From Chloroflexota bacterium (lineage in GTDB: Bacteria; Chloroflexota; Limnocylindria; QHBO01), in NCBI GenBank assembly GCA_040877645.1, contig JBBDNI010000012.1, positions 1 through 33,293 on the forward strand: 33,293 bases of DNA, written 5' to 3'. This document shows positions 18,256-28,152 of this stretch, one piece after another. The notes beneath the pieces were generated by a model. It had not been told where the DNA came from, made no database searches, and saw nothing but the letters and a program-made list of their open reading frames with translations. The translations under genes and the position numbers were made by a program. How positions within the stretch are numbered: position 1 is the stretch's first letter; the number at the start of each line of letters is the position of its first letter.

Positions 18256-19266
18256 ATGTCGATGCCCGACGCGCTGACCGAATCCTTCTGCGAACGGTGC
18301 GGAACTCGCTACGAGTTCGCCGCTCCGACCGAGTTGACCACCATACGCCGAGCGCGTGGTGTCCTCTCCGGGCTGAAGAACTACATCATGAGCCAGGACT
18401 CCCTGTCCGATGCCGTCGGCGACGGCATCCGCTCGCAGGAAGAGGTCCTCGCCTCCGCGCAGCTCGATGCCTTCCACTCCTCCTTCAACTTCTGCATCGA
18501 CTGTCGTCAGTACGCCTGCACCAACTGCTGGAACGAGCTGGCCGGTCGCTGCCAGAGCTGCCAGCCGCTCCCCGACGCGATCCCACTCGCCGACCGGTTT
18601 GCAGCGACCCTCGCACACGTCCACGCCGGCGAGGTGGGTGCCCAGTTCCCGCTCGACGAGCAGACCGCGTGGCCTGCTTCCGACCTCCCTGAGGCCGAGC
18701 CTGAGCCGGTCTGGGTGGAGCCTGAGCCGGAGCCCGAGCCGATGCCTCTCGAGCCGGCGCCGATGCTGGCCGAGGTGGCCGAAGTGGCCGAGCCTGAGCC
18801 CGAGCCGGTCCTCGCCGAAGTGCCCGAGCCCGAGCCTGAGCCGGTGCTTGCAGAGCCCGAGCCGATCCCGCACCGGCCGTTGCGGCCGATCTCGGACACC
18901 CTCCTGCGCGTGCCGCGCGCGATGCCCGACCAGGGCGAGGCGATCGCGGCCGCAGAGGCGAACGACGAGTCCCTGGCAGCGCGCCGCGCCCAGCTCGACG
19001 AGCTGGGGCTGGGCGAGGCTGAGCAGGGACCGATCGGGCGGACGCGGCCGGTGCTGCTTCCCTATCGGTCGAGTGGCGCCGCCCCACATCCCGCCGACGC
19101 GCAGGCCGCTGTTGCCGGCCCCGCGTTCTGGGATGCCTCAGCGCGCGAGGTGGCTGGGGCTGTCACCCAGATCGGCGTGCGCAGCTGCGGTCACTGCGAG
19201 CTTTCGATCTCCGCCACGGCGCGCTTCTGCCGCCGATGCGGCACACCGCAGGCCCAGTCGGCCTAG
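18256..19266 (+). CDS. Multi-zinc-finger protein with acidic Pro/Glu linker and C-terminal zinc ribbon
   Basis: CERC, CIDC-x4-CTNC-x7-CQSC, EPEPEP repeats, CGHC...FCRRCG. TATACT at 18214-18219. Confidence 0.8.
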   Translation: MSMPDALTESFCERCGTRYEFAAPTELTTIRRARGVLSGLKNYIMSQDSLSDAVGDGIRSQEEVLASAQLDAFHSSFNFCIDCRQYACTNCWNELAGRCQSCQPLPDAIPLADRFAATLAHVHAGEVGAQFPLDEQTAWPASDLPEAEPEPVWVEPEPEPEPMPLEPAPMLAEVAEVAEPEPEPVLAEVPEPEPEPVLAEPEPIPHRPLRPISDTLLRVPRAMPDQGEAIAAAEANDESLAARRAQLDELGLGEAEQGPIGRTRPVLLPYRSSGAAPHPADAQAAVAGPAFWDASAREVAGAVTQIGVRSCGHCELSISATARFCRRCGTPQAQSA

Positions 19267-19592
19267 TCGCTCCCCGCGCCACCGCCACTCGGTGTGGTCG
19301 GTTTCACGTCCTTGGCCTCTGAGCCGCTCTGCGCAGGCGCGGCGGCGGCGGCGTCTCCCCCGGATGTCGACGACGACCCTGAGCTGCCGGGGGCGCTCGC
19401 GGGCGAGGACGAGGACGAGCGGGAATCGGTCTTGTAGAACCCGCTCCCCTTGAAGATGATCCCGGACGGGCTCACCAGCCGACGCAGCTCGCCGCCACAG
19501 CGGTCACAGGCGGTTGGCCCATCCTCGAGCATCGAGTGGACCACCTCGGTGATTTCGCCGCAGCTGCGGCACTGGTAGTCGTAGGTAGGCAC
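19263..19592 (-). CDS. FmdB family zinc-ribbon protein
   Basis: PTYDYQCRSCG...CDRCGGELRRLVS...FKGSGFYKTDSR plus a Ser-rich tail. Confidence 0.92.
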   Translation of the reverse strand: MPTYDYQCRSCGEITEVVHSMLEDGPTACDRCGGELRRLVSPSGIIFKGSGFYKTDSRSSSSSPASAPGSSGSSSTSGGDAAAAAPAQSGSEAKDVKPTTPSGGGAGSD

Positions 19593-19717
19593 TGCACGCA
19601 CTCCGCCAGCTGCGGAGTCTCCTGTGAATCAGCGGGAATGAGAACGCGCGGACCGCAGGGTCCGCGCGGGCATGATGGCAGGGGGATCGCAGGGGCGCAA
19701 CGCGCGGGCTGCGGCGG

Positions 19718-20932
19718 TCAGGTGCTCGAGAGCCGCGCCGTCATCGTCTTCCACCACGGTCGCGGGGCAACCGCCGCCTCGACCGACGCATCACGCGTGA
19801 GGAGGCGCGCGACACCGTGCAGGTCGGTGCTCATCTTCTCGTTGGGGAACTTGGTGATCATGGGGATCCCCTCGTTCGCGGCGGCGACCGCTTTCGGGCC
19901 ATTCGAGACGATCCGAGCAGCGATCGGCTTGCCAAGCGCCTCGGCGATGTCGTCCACGCTGACACCGTGATTGGCGCGGTTGACGATGACCTTGATCACG
20001 TCTCCCAGGCCGACCTGCCGGGCGACCTCCAGGAACTGCGCCGAGTTACGGATCGGTCCAACCTCCGGGGTGACCACGAGGAAGATCTCGCTCGAGATGG
20101 CGAGCATCGCCATGGTGCGATCGTCGTACGACGGGTGGTTGTCGATCACCACGTAGGAGTAATGCGACCGGGCCCAGCGTACCGCCGCCAGGAGCAGGTC
20201 GACGTCGATCCGCTCGGACTCGGCGGGGTCGTTGCCCCAGGTCAGGACGTGCACACCACTCGGCTGGTGGATGTTCAGGATCTGCTCGAAGGCGGCGTCA
20301 GTCAATTCCTCGGGCGGCGAGTCGGCCAGGTCCACCAGCCCCATCTTGTACGGGACATCAAGGACGCTGCTCACGTTGCCGACCCCGACATCGGCATCGA
20401 CCAGGCAGACCTGGGCGCGCGTCTGCTCGCGCAGCGCGACCGCCAGGTTGACGGCGATCGTCGTCTTTCCCACGCCACCCTTGGGGGCGAAGACGCTCAC
20501 GACGTGCCCCTCACCGATGGTCGCTCCGTCAGATCGGTTCGTCTCCTCCCAGCGACCAGCGTCGGTGGGGACCGCGCGGTTGTAGCGGATCAGGAGCGCC
20601 TCGAGGCGAAAGACCAGCGAATCGGCGGGAAGTGGCTTGAGGGCGTACTCGTCGCGAGTGGCGTGCGAGTTGTTGCCGGTGGCATAGGTGGGCGGCTCAT
20701 CGGTGAAGACCAGGATGGTGGGCACCGGGGCGACGCCGTGGAGTTCGCCGTAGAGATCGGAGGCGTTGGGGAGGTCGCAATCGAGCACAGCGAGGTCGAT
20801 TGACAGGCCGTTCGCCAGGTGCTCGGCGACGACCGATTCGTCGATCAGGGTGTCGAAGCCCGCGGCCTGGAGCGCGTCGACATATGGCCGGGGATTCCCC
20901 AGCAGCGCAAGGAGAACTGTCGGTCGCTCCAT
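19718..20932 (-). CDS. Receiver-like domain + MinD/ParA-type ATPase (CpaE/TadZ-like)
   Basis: DLAVLD...ALKP receiver-like region, deviant Walker A KGGVGKTT, YVVID, VNR, and a C-terminal amphipathic PWWKTM. GGAG upstream of ATG 20932. Confidence 0.85.
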   Translation of the reverse strand: MERPTVLLALLGNPRPYVDALQAAGFDTLIDESVVAEHLANGLSIDLAVLDCDLPNASDLYGELHGVAPVPTILVFTDEPPTYATGNNSHATRDEYALKPLPADSLVFRLEALLIRYNRAVPTDAGRWEETNRSDGATIGEGHVVSVFAPKGGVGKTTIAVNLAVALREQTRAQVCLVDADVGVGNVSSVLDVPYKMGLVDLADSPPEELTDAAFEQILNIHQPSGVHVLTWGNDPAESERIDVDLLLAAVRWARSHYSYVVIDNHPSYDDRTMAMLAISSEIFLVVTPEVGPIRNSAQFLEVARQVGLGDVIKVIVNRANHGVSVDDIAEALGKPIAARIVSNGPKAVAAANEGIPMITKFPNEKMSTDLHGVARLLTRDASVEAAVAPRPWWKTMTARLSST

Positions 20933-21041
20933 TGAACCTTCACTCCGGTGGTGGTGCAGTGACGTGTGCACCACTATCGACCGCTCCGGAGCGCTGGACA
21001 ATGGGACTGGGGCCCATGCGTGCGGCGCCGAAGGTACTCCC

Positions 21042-21778
21042 CTAGGAGCCCCGCATGCGCATCCCGCACTTCGGGCAGTAGAAGGCGCCCTCGCCCGACT
21101 CGAAGCCGCAATGCTGGCAGACCGCACCGCCGCGGTCCCCGATCGCGGTGGCGCGACTCACGGCCGCGACGCCCATGCTGTGGCCGGTGGCGCGCACCTG
21201 CTGGTAGAGCGAGCTGAGCAGCCTCTGGCCGATGCGTTCGGTGTCACCCCGCTGGCCCTTGCCTCCCCAGCCGACGACGGATCGGACGATCAGGTCGCCC
21301 GACAGCTCATCCCAGTGGCTCGCCAGGCCGCCCACGACGGCGTTGTAGTCGGGATAGCCGCTGGTGTCGACCTCGCCGTGCAGGAGCGCGCAGAAGAAGG
21401 TGTCGACCGTCATGTCGACCGCATCGGTCGACTCCAGCACGTACAGGGCGTGATGCGCGATCGGGCTCACGTTTGCCCGCGCCAGGATCCATTGCTGCAG
21501 CTCGGTGATTCGCTCGATGTTCGGCGCCGCCTGGGCGAGGTCGTGCCCGACCGGCTCGATCGTCTCGACGGGGGTGATGGCGAGCGGCTGAACGACCTCC
21601 GGCAGGCTGGCACGAATCGTTGGGTCGCCCGGCATCCGCAGCCCGTCGCTGCTGCGCGCGAGGTACGCCAGCTTCAGGCTGAACTGCTGGGCGGTGACCT
21701 CCTCCTGGACGGGGGTCGGCGGGGGGGGGGGGGGGGGCGCGGCTCAGGATCCTTCCTGCGCCGCCTGAGGAATGACAT
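21042..21778 (-). CDS. Hypothetical protein with C-terminal zinc ribbon, frameshifted at a poly-C tract
   Basis: CQHCG...FYCPKCG. The likely start ATG 21778 lies 7 nt after TAGAAT but is out of frame with ORF 21042..21635. Confidence 0.7.
21721..21737. repeat. G17 homopolymer
   Basis: 17 consecutive G read directly from the sequence. Confidence 0.95.
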
Positions 21779-21856
21779 GCCGGCGATTCTAGCAGCGACC
21801 ACCGAGTACCCCGCGATAGCCCGATCGGCCGCCCCGGCGCCTCGATCGGCGGTCGC

Positions 21857-24526
21857 TCAGTCGCCGACCAGCAGGCGCAGCTGCGCCTCGAGCTCGGCCA
21901 GGCGCGCGCGTTCGCGCTCGACCAGCTCGGCCGGCGCGCGCGTCGCGAAGTCCCCGGCCAGGAGGGCCTGGAGCCGCTCTATCCCGCGCTGCAGGTGCGC
22001 CTCCTGCGACGCCCGCCGGGTATCGCCCTCGGTCGACGCCTCGCCGCCCCCCAGCCAGGCGGTGGCGACCGCCGTCGACGCCACGGTCGGTGGGCGACCG
22101 GCGTCGTCCCCCGGCTGCCGCAGCTCGATCGGGCGGACGCGCGCCAGCGCCGGGAGGTAGCCCAGCCCCCGCTCGATCGCTTCGCGCGCCGCCGCGTCGG
22201 CCGGGACCACGGTGAGCGGCAGCCACGCGCCGGCGGGGAGGCCTGACTCGGTCCGCAGGTTCCGGACGCCCCTGATCACGGTCATCAGCACCGCCATGTC
22301 CGCGTCGGCGGCTGCATCGCGCCCACCGGCGGCAGGCCAGGCGGCGCGGATCAGCAGTGGCTGCCCGTCGGTGGTATCGGGCGCCGCCTCCGTCAAGCCC
22401 GCCCAGATCTCCTCGGTCACGTATGGCACCACCGGATGCAGCAGTCGCAGTAGCCCCGCCAGCGTGGAGGCGGACGAGCGCCAGATCCGCGCGCGCTCCC
22501 CGTCGGTCACGTCGGGGCGTCGCAGGTCGACCTTGGCCATCTCCAGGAACCAGTCGCAGTAGTCGCTCCAGGCGAATTCGTGGATCGACCCGGCGTAGGC
22601 CGACATCTCCAGCTCGTCGAGCTGTTTTGTGGCGCGCTCGGTTGCCTCTGCCAGCCGTGAGGCGATCCAGCGCTCCGCGAGAGTCGGCGAGCCGTCCGAG
22701 GCCACGAGCGGATCGGGCCTGGCTCCGAGCACGAAGCGGGCGGCGTTCCAGAGCTTGTTGGTGAAGTTCCGCGCTCGCTCGAGCTTGGCGAGTGTCAGGC
22801 GCTGGTCGGCGCCCGGTGTGGTGCCACTGGTCAGAGCGAAGCGGAGAGCATCGGCGCCGACCTCCTCGATCACCTCTATCGGGTCGGTCGTGTTGCCCTT
22901 GGTCTTGCTCATCTTGACGCCGCCGTCGGCACGCACGAGGCCGTGCAGGTAGATGGTGTGGAACGGCTCCACGCCCGTGCAGAAGAGGCCGAGCATCATC
23001 ATGCGGGCGACCCAGAAGAAGACGATGTCGTAGCCGGTCTCCATCACCGATGTCGGGTAGAAGCGCCGCATGTCCGGCGTGTCATCGGGCCAGCCGAGCG
23101 TGCTGAACGGCCACAGGCCGCTGCTGAACCAGGTGTCGAAGATGTCGGTCTCCTGCGTGAGCTCTCCCGCCGGACGGCCACAGGTCGCGCAGGCATCGGG
23201 CCCGGCCTCGATGTCACTCACGGTGATGTGGCCGTCGGGGCAGTACCAGGCCGGGATGCGGTGGCCCCACCACAGCTGCCGCCCGATCGCCCAGTCCCGG
23301 ATGTTCTCCATCCAGTGGGTGTAGACCTTGGTGAAGTGGTCCGGCACGATCCGGGTGCGACCCTCGCGGACCGATGCCAGCGCCCGCTCGGCGAGCGGCT
23401 GCGTTCGCACGAACCACCCCACCGACAGGCGTGGCTCGATCACCGTCCCACATCGGTCACAGTGGCCGACCACCATCTGGTGCGGGCGCTCGTCTTCCAG
23501 GTCGCCCATCGCGCGCAACTCGTCGACGATGCGCGCCCGCGCCTCGTACCGATCCAGGCCGGCGAACGCGCCGCCTTCGGCGTTGATGCGCGCCTCCTCG
23601 TCCAGGACGCTGATCGCCGCCAGACCGTGGCGGCGGCCGGTCTCATAGTCGTCGGGGTCGTGGGCCGGGGTGATCTTGACCGCCCCCGTCCCGAACTTCG
23701 GATCGACCACGGCGTCGGCGATGATCGGCAGCCGCCGTCCCAGGAATGGCAGGATCGCCTCGCGCCCGACCAGGCCGCGGTAGCGATCGTCGTCAGGGTG
23801 GACCGCTACCGCCACGTCGCCGAGGATCGTCTCCGGCCGCGTCGTGGCGACCGAGATGGATTGTTCCGGATCCGGCGTGCCGTCCGGGCGCGCCAGGTGG
23901 TAGCGGATCGTCCACAGCGTGCCGGTCTCCTCGACCGGGACCTTCTCCAGGTCGCTGATGGTGGTCCGGCAGCGAGGGCACCAGTTGACGAGCGCCTCAC
24001 CGCGGTAGACGAGGCCGGCGTCGTGCAGCCGCTTGAAGGCGGTCCGCACCGCGCGGGCGCTCATCGGGTCCATGGTGAAGCGGTTGCGCGTCCAGTCGGC
24101 TGAGGCCCCCAGGCGTCGCATCTGGAGGCCGATCACGTCGCGGGTTTCGTCCATGAAGCGCCACATCCGCTCCAGGTACCTGTCGCGCCCCAGCGAGGCC
24201 CGGTTCTCGCCCTCCTCGGCGAGGATCTTGTCCAGCACGAACTGGGCGGCGATGCTGGCGTGGTCGACGCCCGGCAGCCACAGCGTGTCGTCGCCGCGCA
24301 TCCGGTGGTAGCGGGTGAGGATGTCCTCCAGGGTCACGAACAGGGCGTGCCCCACGTGCAGTGAGCCGGTCACGTTCGGCGGCGGCATGGCGATCACGAA
24401 CGGCTCGGCCCCGGTCGGCGGCTCGACGGACGGCGTGAAGGCGCCGCTCGCCAGCCAGCGGTCGTAGATGAGGGGCTCGATGGCAGCCGCGGCGTAGCGA
24501 GGCGCCATCTCGCGTCGCTCCTCCAT
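21857..24526 (-). CDS. valS: Valine--tRNA ligase
   Basis: PPPNVTGSLHVGH, ATTRPET, RQLWWGHRIP, DTWFSS, KMSKT, and a C-terminal coiled coil. Confidence 0.97.
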   Translation of the reverse strand: MEERREMAPRYAAAAIEPLIYDRWLASGAFTPSVEPPTGAEPFVIAMPPPNVTGSLHVGHALFVTLEDILTRYHRMRGDDTLWLPGVDHASIAAQFVLDKILAEEGENRASLGRDRYLERMWRFMDETRDVIGLQMRRLGASADWTRNRFTMDPMSARAVRTAFKRLHDAGLVYRGEALVNWCPRCRTTISDLEKVPVEETGTLWTIRYHLARPDGTPDPEQSISVATTRPETILGDVAVAVHPDDDRYRGLVGREAILPFLGRRLPIIADAVVDPKFGTGAVKITPAHDPDDYETGRRHGLAAISVLDEEARINAEGGAFAGLDRYEARARIVDELRAMGDLEDERPHQMVVGHCDRCGTVIEPRLSVGWFVRTQPLAERALASVREGRTRIVPDHFTKVYTHWMENIRDWAIGRQLWWGHRIPAWYCPDGHITVSDIEAGPDACATCGRPAGELTQETDIFDTWFSSGLWPFSTLGWPDDTPDMRRFYPTSVMETGYDIVFFWVARMMMLGLFCTGVEPFHTIYLHGLVRADGGVKMSKTKGNTTDPIEVIEEVGADALRFALTSGTTPGADQRLTLAKLERARNFTNKLWNAARFVLGARPDPLVASDGSPTLAERWIASRLAEATERATKQLDELEMSAYAGSIHEFAWSDYCDWFLEMAKVDLRRPDVTDGERARIWRSSASTLAGLLRLLHPVVPYVTEEIWAGLTEAAPDTTDGQPLLIRAAWPAAGGRDAAADADMAVLMTVIRGVRNLRTESGLPAGAWLPLTVVPADAAAREAIERGLGYLPALARVRPIELRQPGDDAGRPPTVASTAVATAWLGGGEASTEGDTRRASQEAHLQRGIERLQALLAGDFATRAPAELVERERARLAELEAQLRLLVGD

Positions 24527-24548
24527 CGGTCAGCCTCCTCCGCTCCCC

Positions 24549-24765
24549 AACACAAGACCCGCTCGTCGAAGGACGAACGGGTCGTGGTACCACCTTCGTT
24601 CAGCGACATCGGTCAGGCCCGGTGGCGCCCTCGTTCCGCGTTATCGGGCGGACCCGTGCGGCTCGCGTGCGACCTTCTCCCTCTCGTTCCGTGGCGGGCT
24701 TGCAGCCTGTGACCCGCCATCTCTGCCGGTCGTCGAGGGGTACTCCTCACGGTCAGCGCCGTGGG
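24549..24765 (-). promoter_or_regulatory. T-box riboswitch (Val, specifier GUC) with terminator
   Basis: On the minus strand: AGTA and CAGAGA elements, specifier GTC at 24673-24671, T-box AACGAAGGTGGTACCACG at 24600-24583, terminator stem 24556-24583 followed by TTGTGTT, and -10 TAGACT at 24775-24770. Confidence 0.93.
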
Positions 24766-24794
24766 CGGGAGTCTAGCACCCGCCCTGCCCTGCG

Positions 24795-25910
24795 TCAGCC
24801 GGCTCGGCGGCCCACCTTGACGCGCAACGTCTCGCCGTCGCGCGCGATCTCGGCAGTGCCCTCGATCGACCGGATCGCCGCATCGAGGTCGATCGCCGGG
24901 GCGTGGGTCGCGGTGTAGACGAACTCGCCGCTGGGGCCAAGGCCCAGCGTCACGCTGTGGATCCCATCGACCCGCTCGAGCGACTGCTTGAACGACGTGA
25001 TGGCACCGAAGCTGCTGAGGCCCCTGACCTGGATGGCGGTCGCCTGCTCGGCATCGGTCGAGGCCGTGTCGCCGTTGCGGTCCACCGCGGTCGGGGTGGT
25101 CGGGGCGCTGGCGACCGGCGCCGCTGGCACCTCGGGCTCGGCCATCGGCGGCTGCGGCGCGGTGAGCGTCGACGGCGCCAGCGCGACGGGCAATGGGGTC
25201 GGCGTCGCTGCCGGCGTAGTGCGCGGCGCCTCAGTCGGCGCCTCGGGCTCGGGTTCGGGCTCGGGAACGGATTCGGCGGCCACCGGCTCGGTTGCCGGCT
25301 CCGGCTCGGGCTCGGGTTCGGGCTCGGTGACAGGCTCGGCGACAGGCTCGGCGACAGGCGCAGGTACGGAATCCGTCATCGGTTCCGTCATCGGCTCGGT
25401 CTCTGGCTCGACGCTGTCCAGCCTCGGTGCCTGAACCCTGGCGCCCGGCGATGGCGACGGCATCCGTCGCGCGGCGGAGGCAAACGTGGCCGGGTCGTCG
25501 ATCCCTTCGAGTCCCTCCATGAAGGCCGCGACCTCGCGCTCATAGGCATCCGCTCGCGCGGCCAGGGCTGCGTGCTCGGCATTCGTGGCGGCGGCCAGCT
25601 GGGCAAGCTCCTGGTCGAGCTGCCGGCTACGCGCCTGCACCTTGCGCATCGCCTCGGCCTTGATACGATCGATCTCCGCCCGCTCCCAGGTGCCGACGGC
25701 GCTGATGTCAGCCTCGGCTCGCTCGCGCAGCGACGTCTCGTGCTCGGTGCGGGCCTGGTCGAGCTGCCCGGCCTCCGTCTCGACGGCCTCGCGCATCTCG
25801 GCCAGCGCACGATCGCGCGACGACTCGACCACCCGCCGCATCGCCTCCACCAGGCTGCGCAGGTAGTCGGTCGGCGCGTCGTCGCGGTACCGATCTGGGG
25901 TCGAGTTCAT
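24795..25910 (-). CDS. Hypothetical protein: coiled-coil N-terminus, Pro/Glu/Thr-rich linker, small C-terminal alpha/beta domain
   Basis: SD GAGGAG. Helical Glu/Ala/Arg-rich first ~140 aa, EPEPEP tracts, then IQVRGLSSFGAITSFKQSLERVDGIHSV. Confidence 0.75.
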   Translation of the reverse strand: MNSTPDRYRDDAPTDYLRSLVEAMRRVVESSRDRALAEMREAVETEAGQLDQARTEHETSLRERAEADISAVGTWERAEIDRIKAEAMRKVQARSRQLDQELAQLAAATNAEHAALAARADAYEREVAAFMEGLEGIDDPATFASAARRMPSPSPGARVQAPRLDSVEPETEPMTEPMTDSVPAPVAEPVAEPVTEPEPEPEPEPATEPVAAESVPEPEPEPEAPTEAPRTTPAATPTPLPVALAPSTLTAPQPPMAEPEVPAAPVASAPTTPTAVDRNGDTASTDAEQATAIQVRGLSSFGAITSFKQSLERVDGIHSVTLGLGPSGEFVYTATHAPAIDLDAAIRSIEGTAEIARDGETLRVKVGRRAG

Positions 25911-26051
25911 CGGGTCGACGGCTCCTCAGTCTGCTGTGCCCCGGCGCTGGACCGGCTCGATGGGCATCCTACCCTCAGAACGGTGCGCGGACGCAGCACC
26001 CGGAAGTACTGGCGGGCCGTGCCCACTGGTACCGGGAGCGGGTGGAACCCG

Positions 26052-27350
26052 CTACGCCGATTCCTCCACGCGCTCGACAACTCGGTCCTTGGGGGGTGTC
26101 CGCCGGCGAGGCTCGGTGTCATCCGTCTCGGTCACCAGCATCGGCGGCTGACCGCGCTCGATCGTCTCGCCGGTGATGACGACCTTCTTCACGTCGGTGC
26201 GCTCGGGGATGTCGTACATCACCTCGAGCAGGGCCTCCTCGACAATCGTGCGCAGCGCGCGGGCGCCGGTCTTGCGGTCAAGCGCGAGGCGAGCCGTCGC
26301 CTCCAGCGCCTCGGGGGTGAAGACCAGCTCGACGCGGTCGAGCGAGAGGAACTTGGCGAACTGCCGTGTGACGGCGTTCTTCGGCTCGGTCAGGACCTTG
26401 ATCAGGTCCTCCTTGACCAGCGCCGCAAGCCCGACCACGACCGGCAGGCGCCCGACGAACTCGGGGATCAGCCCGTACTTGAGCAGGTCCTCGGGCATCA
26501 GCTGGTCCATCAGCCGGCGCCGCTCCTCGCGAGAGCGCTGGGCCTGGGAGCCGAAGCCGATCCCCCGCTTGCCGACCCGCTCCTCCACGATCTTCTCGAG
26601 CCCCTCGAAGGCGCCGCCACAGATGAAGAGGACGTTGGTGGTGTCGATCTGGATGAAGTCCTGGTGCGGATGCTTGCGGCCGCCCTGGGGCGGCACGTTG
26701 GCGATCGTCCCCTCCAGGATCTTGAGGAGCGCCTGCTGAACGCCCTCGCCGGACACGTCGCGGGTGATCGAGGGGTTATCGGTCTTGCGTGCGATCTTGT
26801 CGATCTCGTCGATGTAGATGATCCCGCGCTGGGCGCGCTGCACGTCGAAGTCCGCGGCCTGGATCAGGCGCAGCAGGATGTTCTCGACGTCTTCGCCCAC
26901 GTACCCGGCCTCGGTCAGGCTGGTGGCATCGGCAATGCAGAACGGCACGTCCAGGACCTTGGCCAGGGTCTGCGCCAGCAGCGTCTTGCCGCTGCCGGTG
27001 GGCCCGACCAGCAGGACGTTGCTCTTGCCCAGCTCGACGTCGTCGACGGCTGAGCCGGCGTTCACGCGCTTGTAGTGGTTGTAGACCGCCACCGACAGGA
27101 CCTTCTTGGCCTGGTCCTGGCTGATGACGTAGCTGTCGAGCTTCTCCTTGATCCGCCGCGGCGACGGGAGTGCGGCGGGGGTGCTCTTGGCGCGAGGCGC
27201 CTCGAGCATCTCCTCCTCGATGATCTCCTGGCAGAGGTTGATGCATTCGTCGCAGATGTAGACACCCTGGCCCGCGATCAGCTTTCGGACCTGCTCCTGG
27301 CTCTTGCCACAGAAGGAGCAGCGATACGGGACCTTGGTCTTGCTCGTCAT
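26052..27350 (-). CDS. clpX: ATP-dependent Clp protease ATP-binding subunit ClpX
   Basis: CSFCGK...ICDEC zinc finger, [23 protein letters not shown] loop. Start ATG 27350 lies 7 nt after TATCCT. Confidence 0.97.
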   Translation of the reverse strand: MTSKTKVPYRCSFCGKSQEQVRKLIAGQGVYICDECINLCQEIIEEEMLEAPRAKSTPAALPSPRRIKEKLDSYVISQDQAKKVLSVAVYNHYKRVNAGSAVDDVELGKSNVLLVGPTGSGKTLLAQTLAKVLDVPFCIADATSLTEAGYVGEDVENILLRLIQAADFDVQRAQRGIIYIDEIDKIARKTDNPSITRDVSGEGVQQALLKILEGTIANVPPQGGRKHPHQDFIQIDTTNVLFICGGAFEGLEKIVEERVGKRGIGFGSQAQRSREERRRLMDQLMPEDLLKYGLIPEFVGRLPVVVGLAALVKEDLIKVLTEPKNAVTRQFAKFLSLDRVELVFTPEALEATARLALDRKTGARALRTIVEEALLEVMYDIPERTDVKKVVITGETIERGQPPMLVTETDDTEPRRRTPPKDRVVERVEESA

Positions 27351-27420
27351 TGCACCGAGGATATCACGCACATCCGGCCCGTCCGGCTATAGACCGATGG
27401 TCCGCGGGTAGCATCCCCCC

Positions 27421-27924
27421 ATGACCCGCTCCCCCATCTCCCATGCGCCGATGGAGTCGCCGATCGGGCGGCTGTGGGTCAGCGTCTCCCCGCGCGGGCT
27501 GGTCGCCATCTCGCGCGGCGAGGCCCCGGATGCGGATCTGCCCGGGCCGGCTGCATCCGACCCGGTCGCCGCTGGGTCCGCGATGGCCGAGCTGGCGGCC
27601 TATTTCGCCGGGCAGCTCCGCACCTTCTCGCTGGCGCTCGACCTGGAGGGAGTCGGCCGATTCGACGCCGCGGTGTGGGACGCCGCGCGAGGGATTCCGT
27701 TCGGTGCGACCGCCTCATACGGCGAGCTGGCCGCGATGGCCGGCTACCCGCGTGCTGGGCGGGCAGCGGGCGGCTCGATGTCGCGCTGCCGCGTCTCGCC
27801 GGTGGTGCCGTGCCATCGGGTCATCCACGCCGACGGCTCGATCGACGGCTGGGGAGCCGACACCTGGGTGAAGCGCTGGCTGCTGGACCACGAACGCGCG
27901 TCGAGTGCGTCCTCGATGCCGTGA
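27421..27924 (+). CDS. ogt: Methylated-DNA--protein-cysteine methyltransferase
   Basis: SPIG.L, IPFG...SYGELA, active-site PCHRV. Confidence 0.92.
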   Translation: MTRSPISHAPMESPIGRLWVSVSPRGLVAISRGEAPDADLPGPAASDPVAAGSAMAELAAYFAGQLRTFSLALDLEGVGRFDAAVWDAARGIPFGATASYGELAAMAGYPRAGRAAGGSMSRCRVSPVVPCHRVIHADGSIDGWGADTWVKRWLLDHERASSASSMP

Positions 27925-27929
27925 GTCCA

Positions 27930-28112
27930 TGCCAAATTCACACAAGGTGAGCGCCGAAGCGCGTCTTCCTGCGTCCATTCAGCCAAATGCACACGGGCCG
28001 TGAATTTCGGTATGCAGGGGACCGAATTTGCAGCCACATTCACACGGCGTGGGCATCTGTCACACGCTGCCCGACTCTTGCGCCCACGTGCTCACTCGGT
28101 GTGAATCTGGCA
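27930..28112. repeat. ~183-bp MITE/REP-like element, copy 2 (opposite orientation to copy 1)
   Basis: GCCAnATnCACAC motifs at 27931, 27982 and 28033 (51-bp period), with an inverted copy GTGTGAATCTGGCA at 28099-28112. Confidence 0.75.
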
Positions 28113-28152
28113 CGACATCCGTCTCCGCGGGCGGAACGCTACCATCGGGCCA

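Noticed and set aside
22901-22915. ValRS KMSKT instead of KMSKS
   Set aside because: A conservative variant of the class I motif with no sign of altered function.
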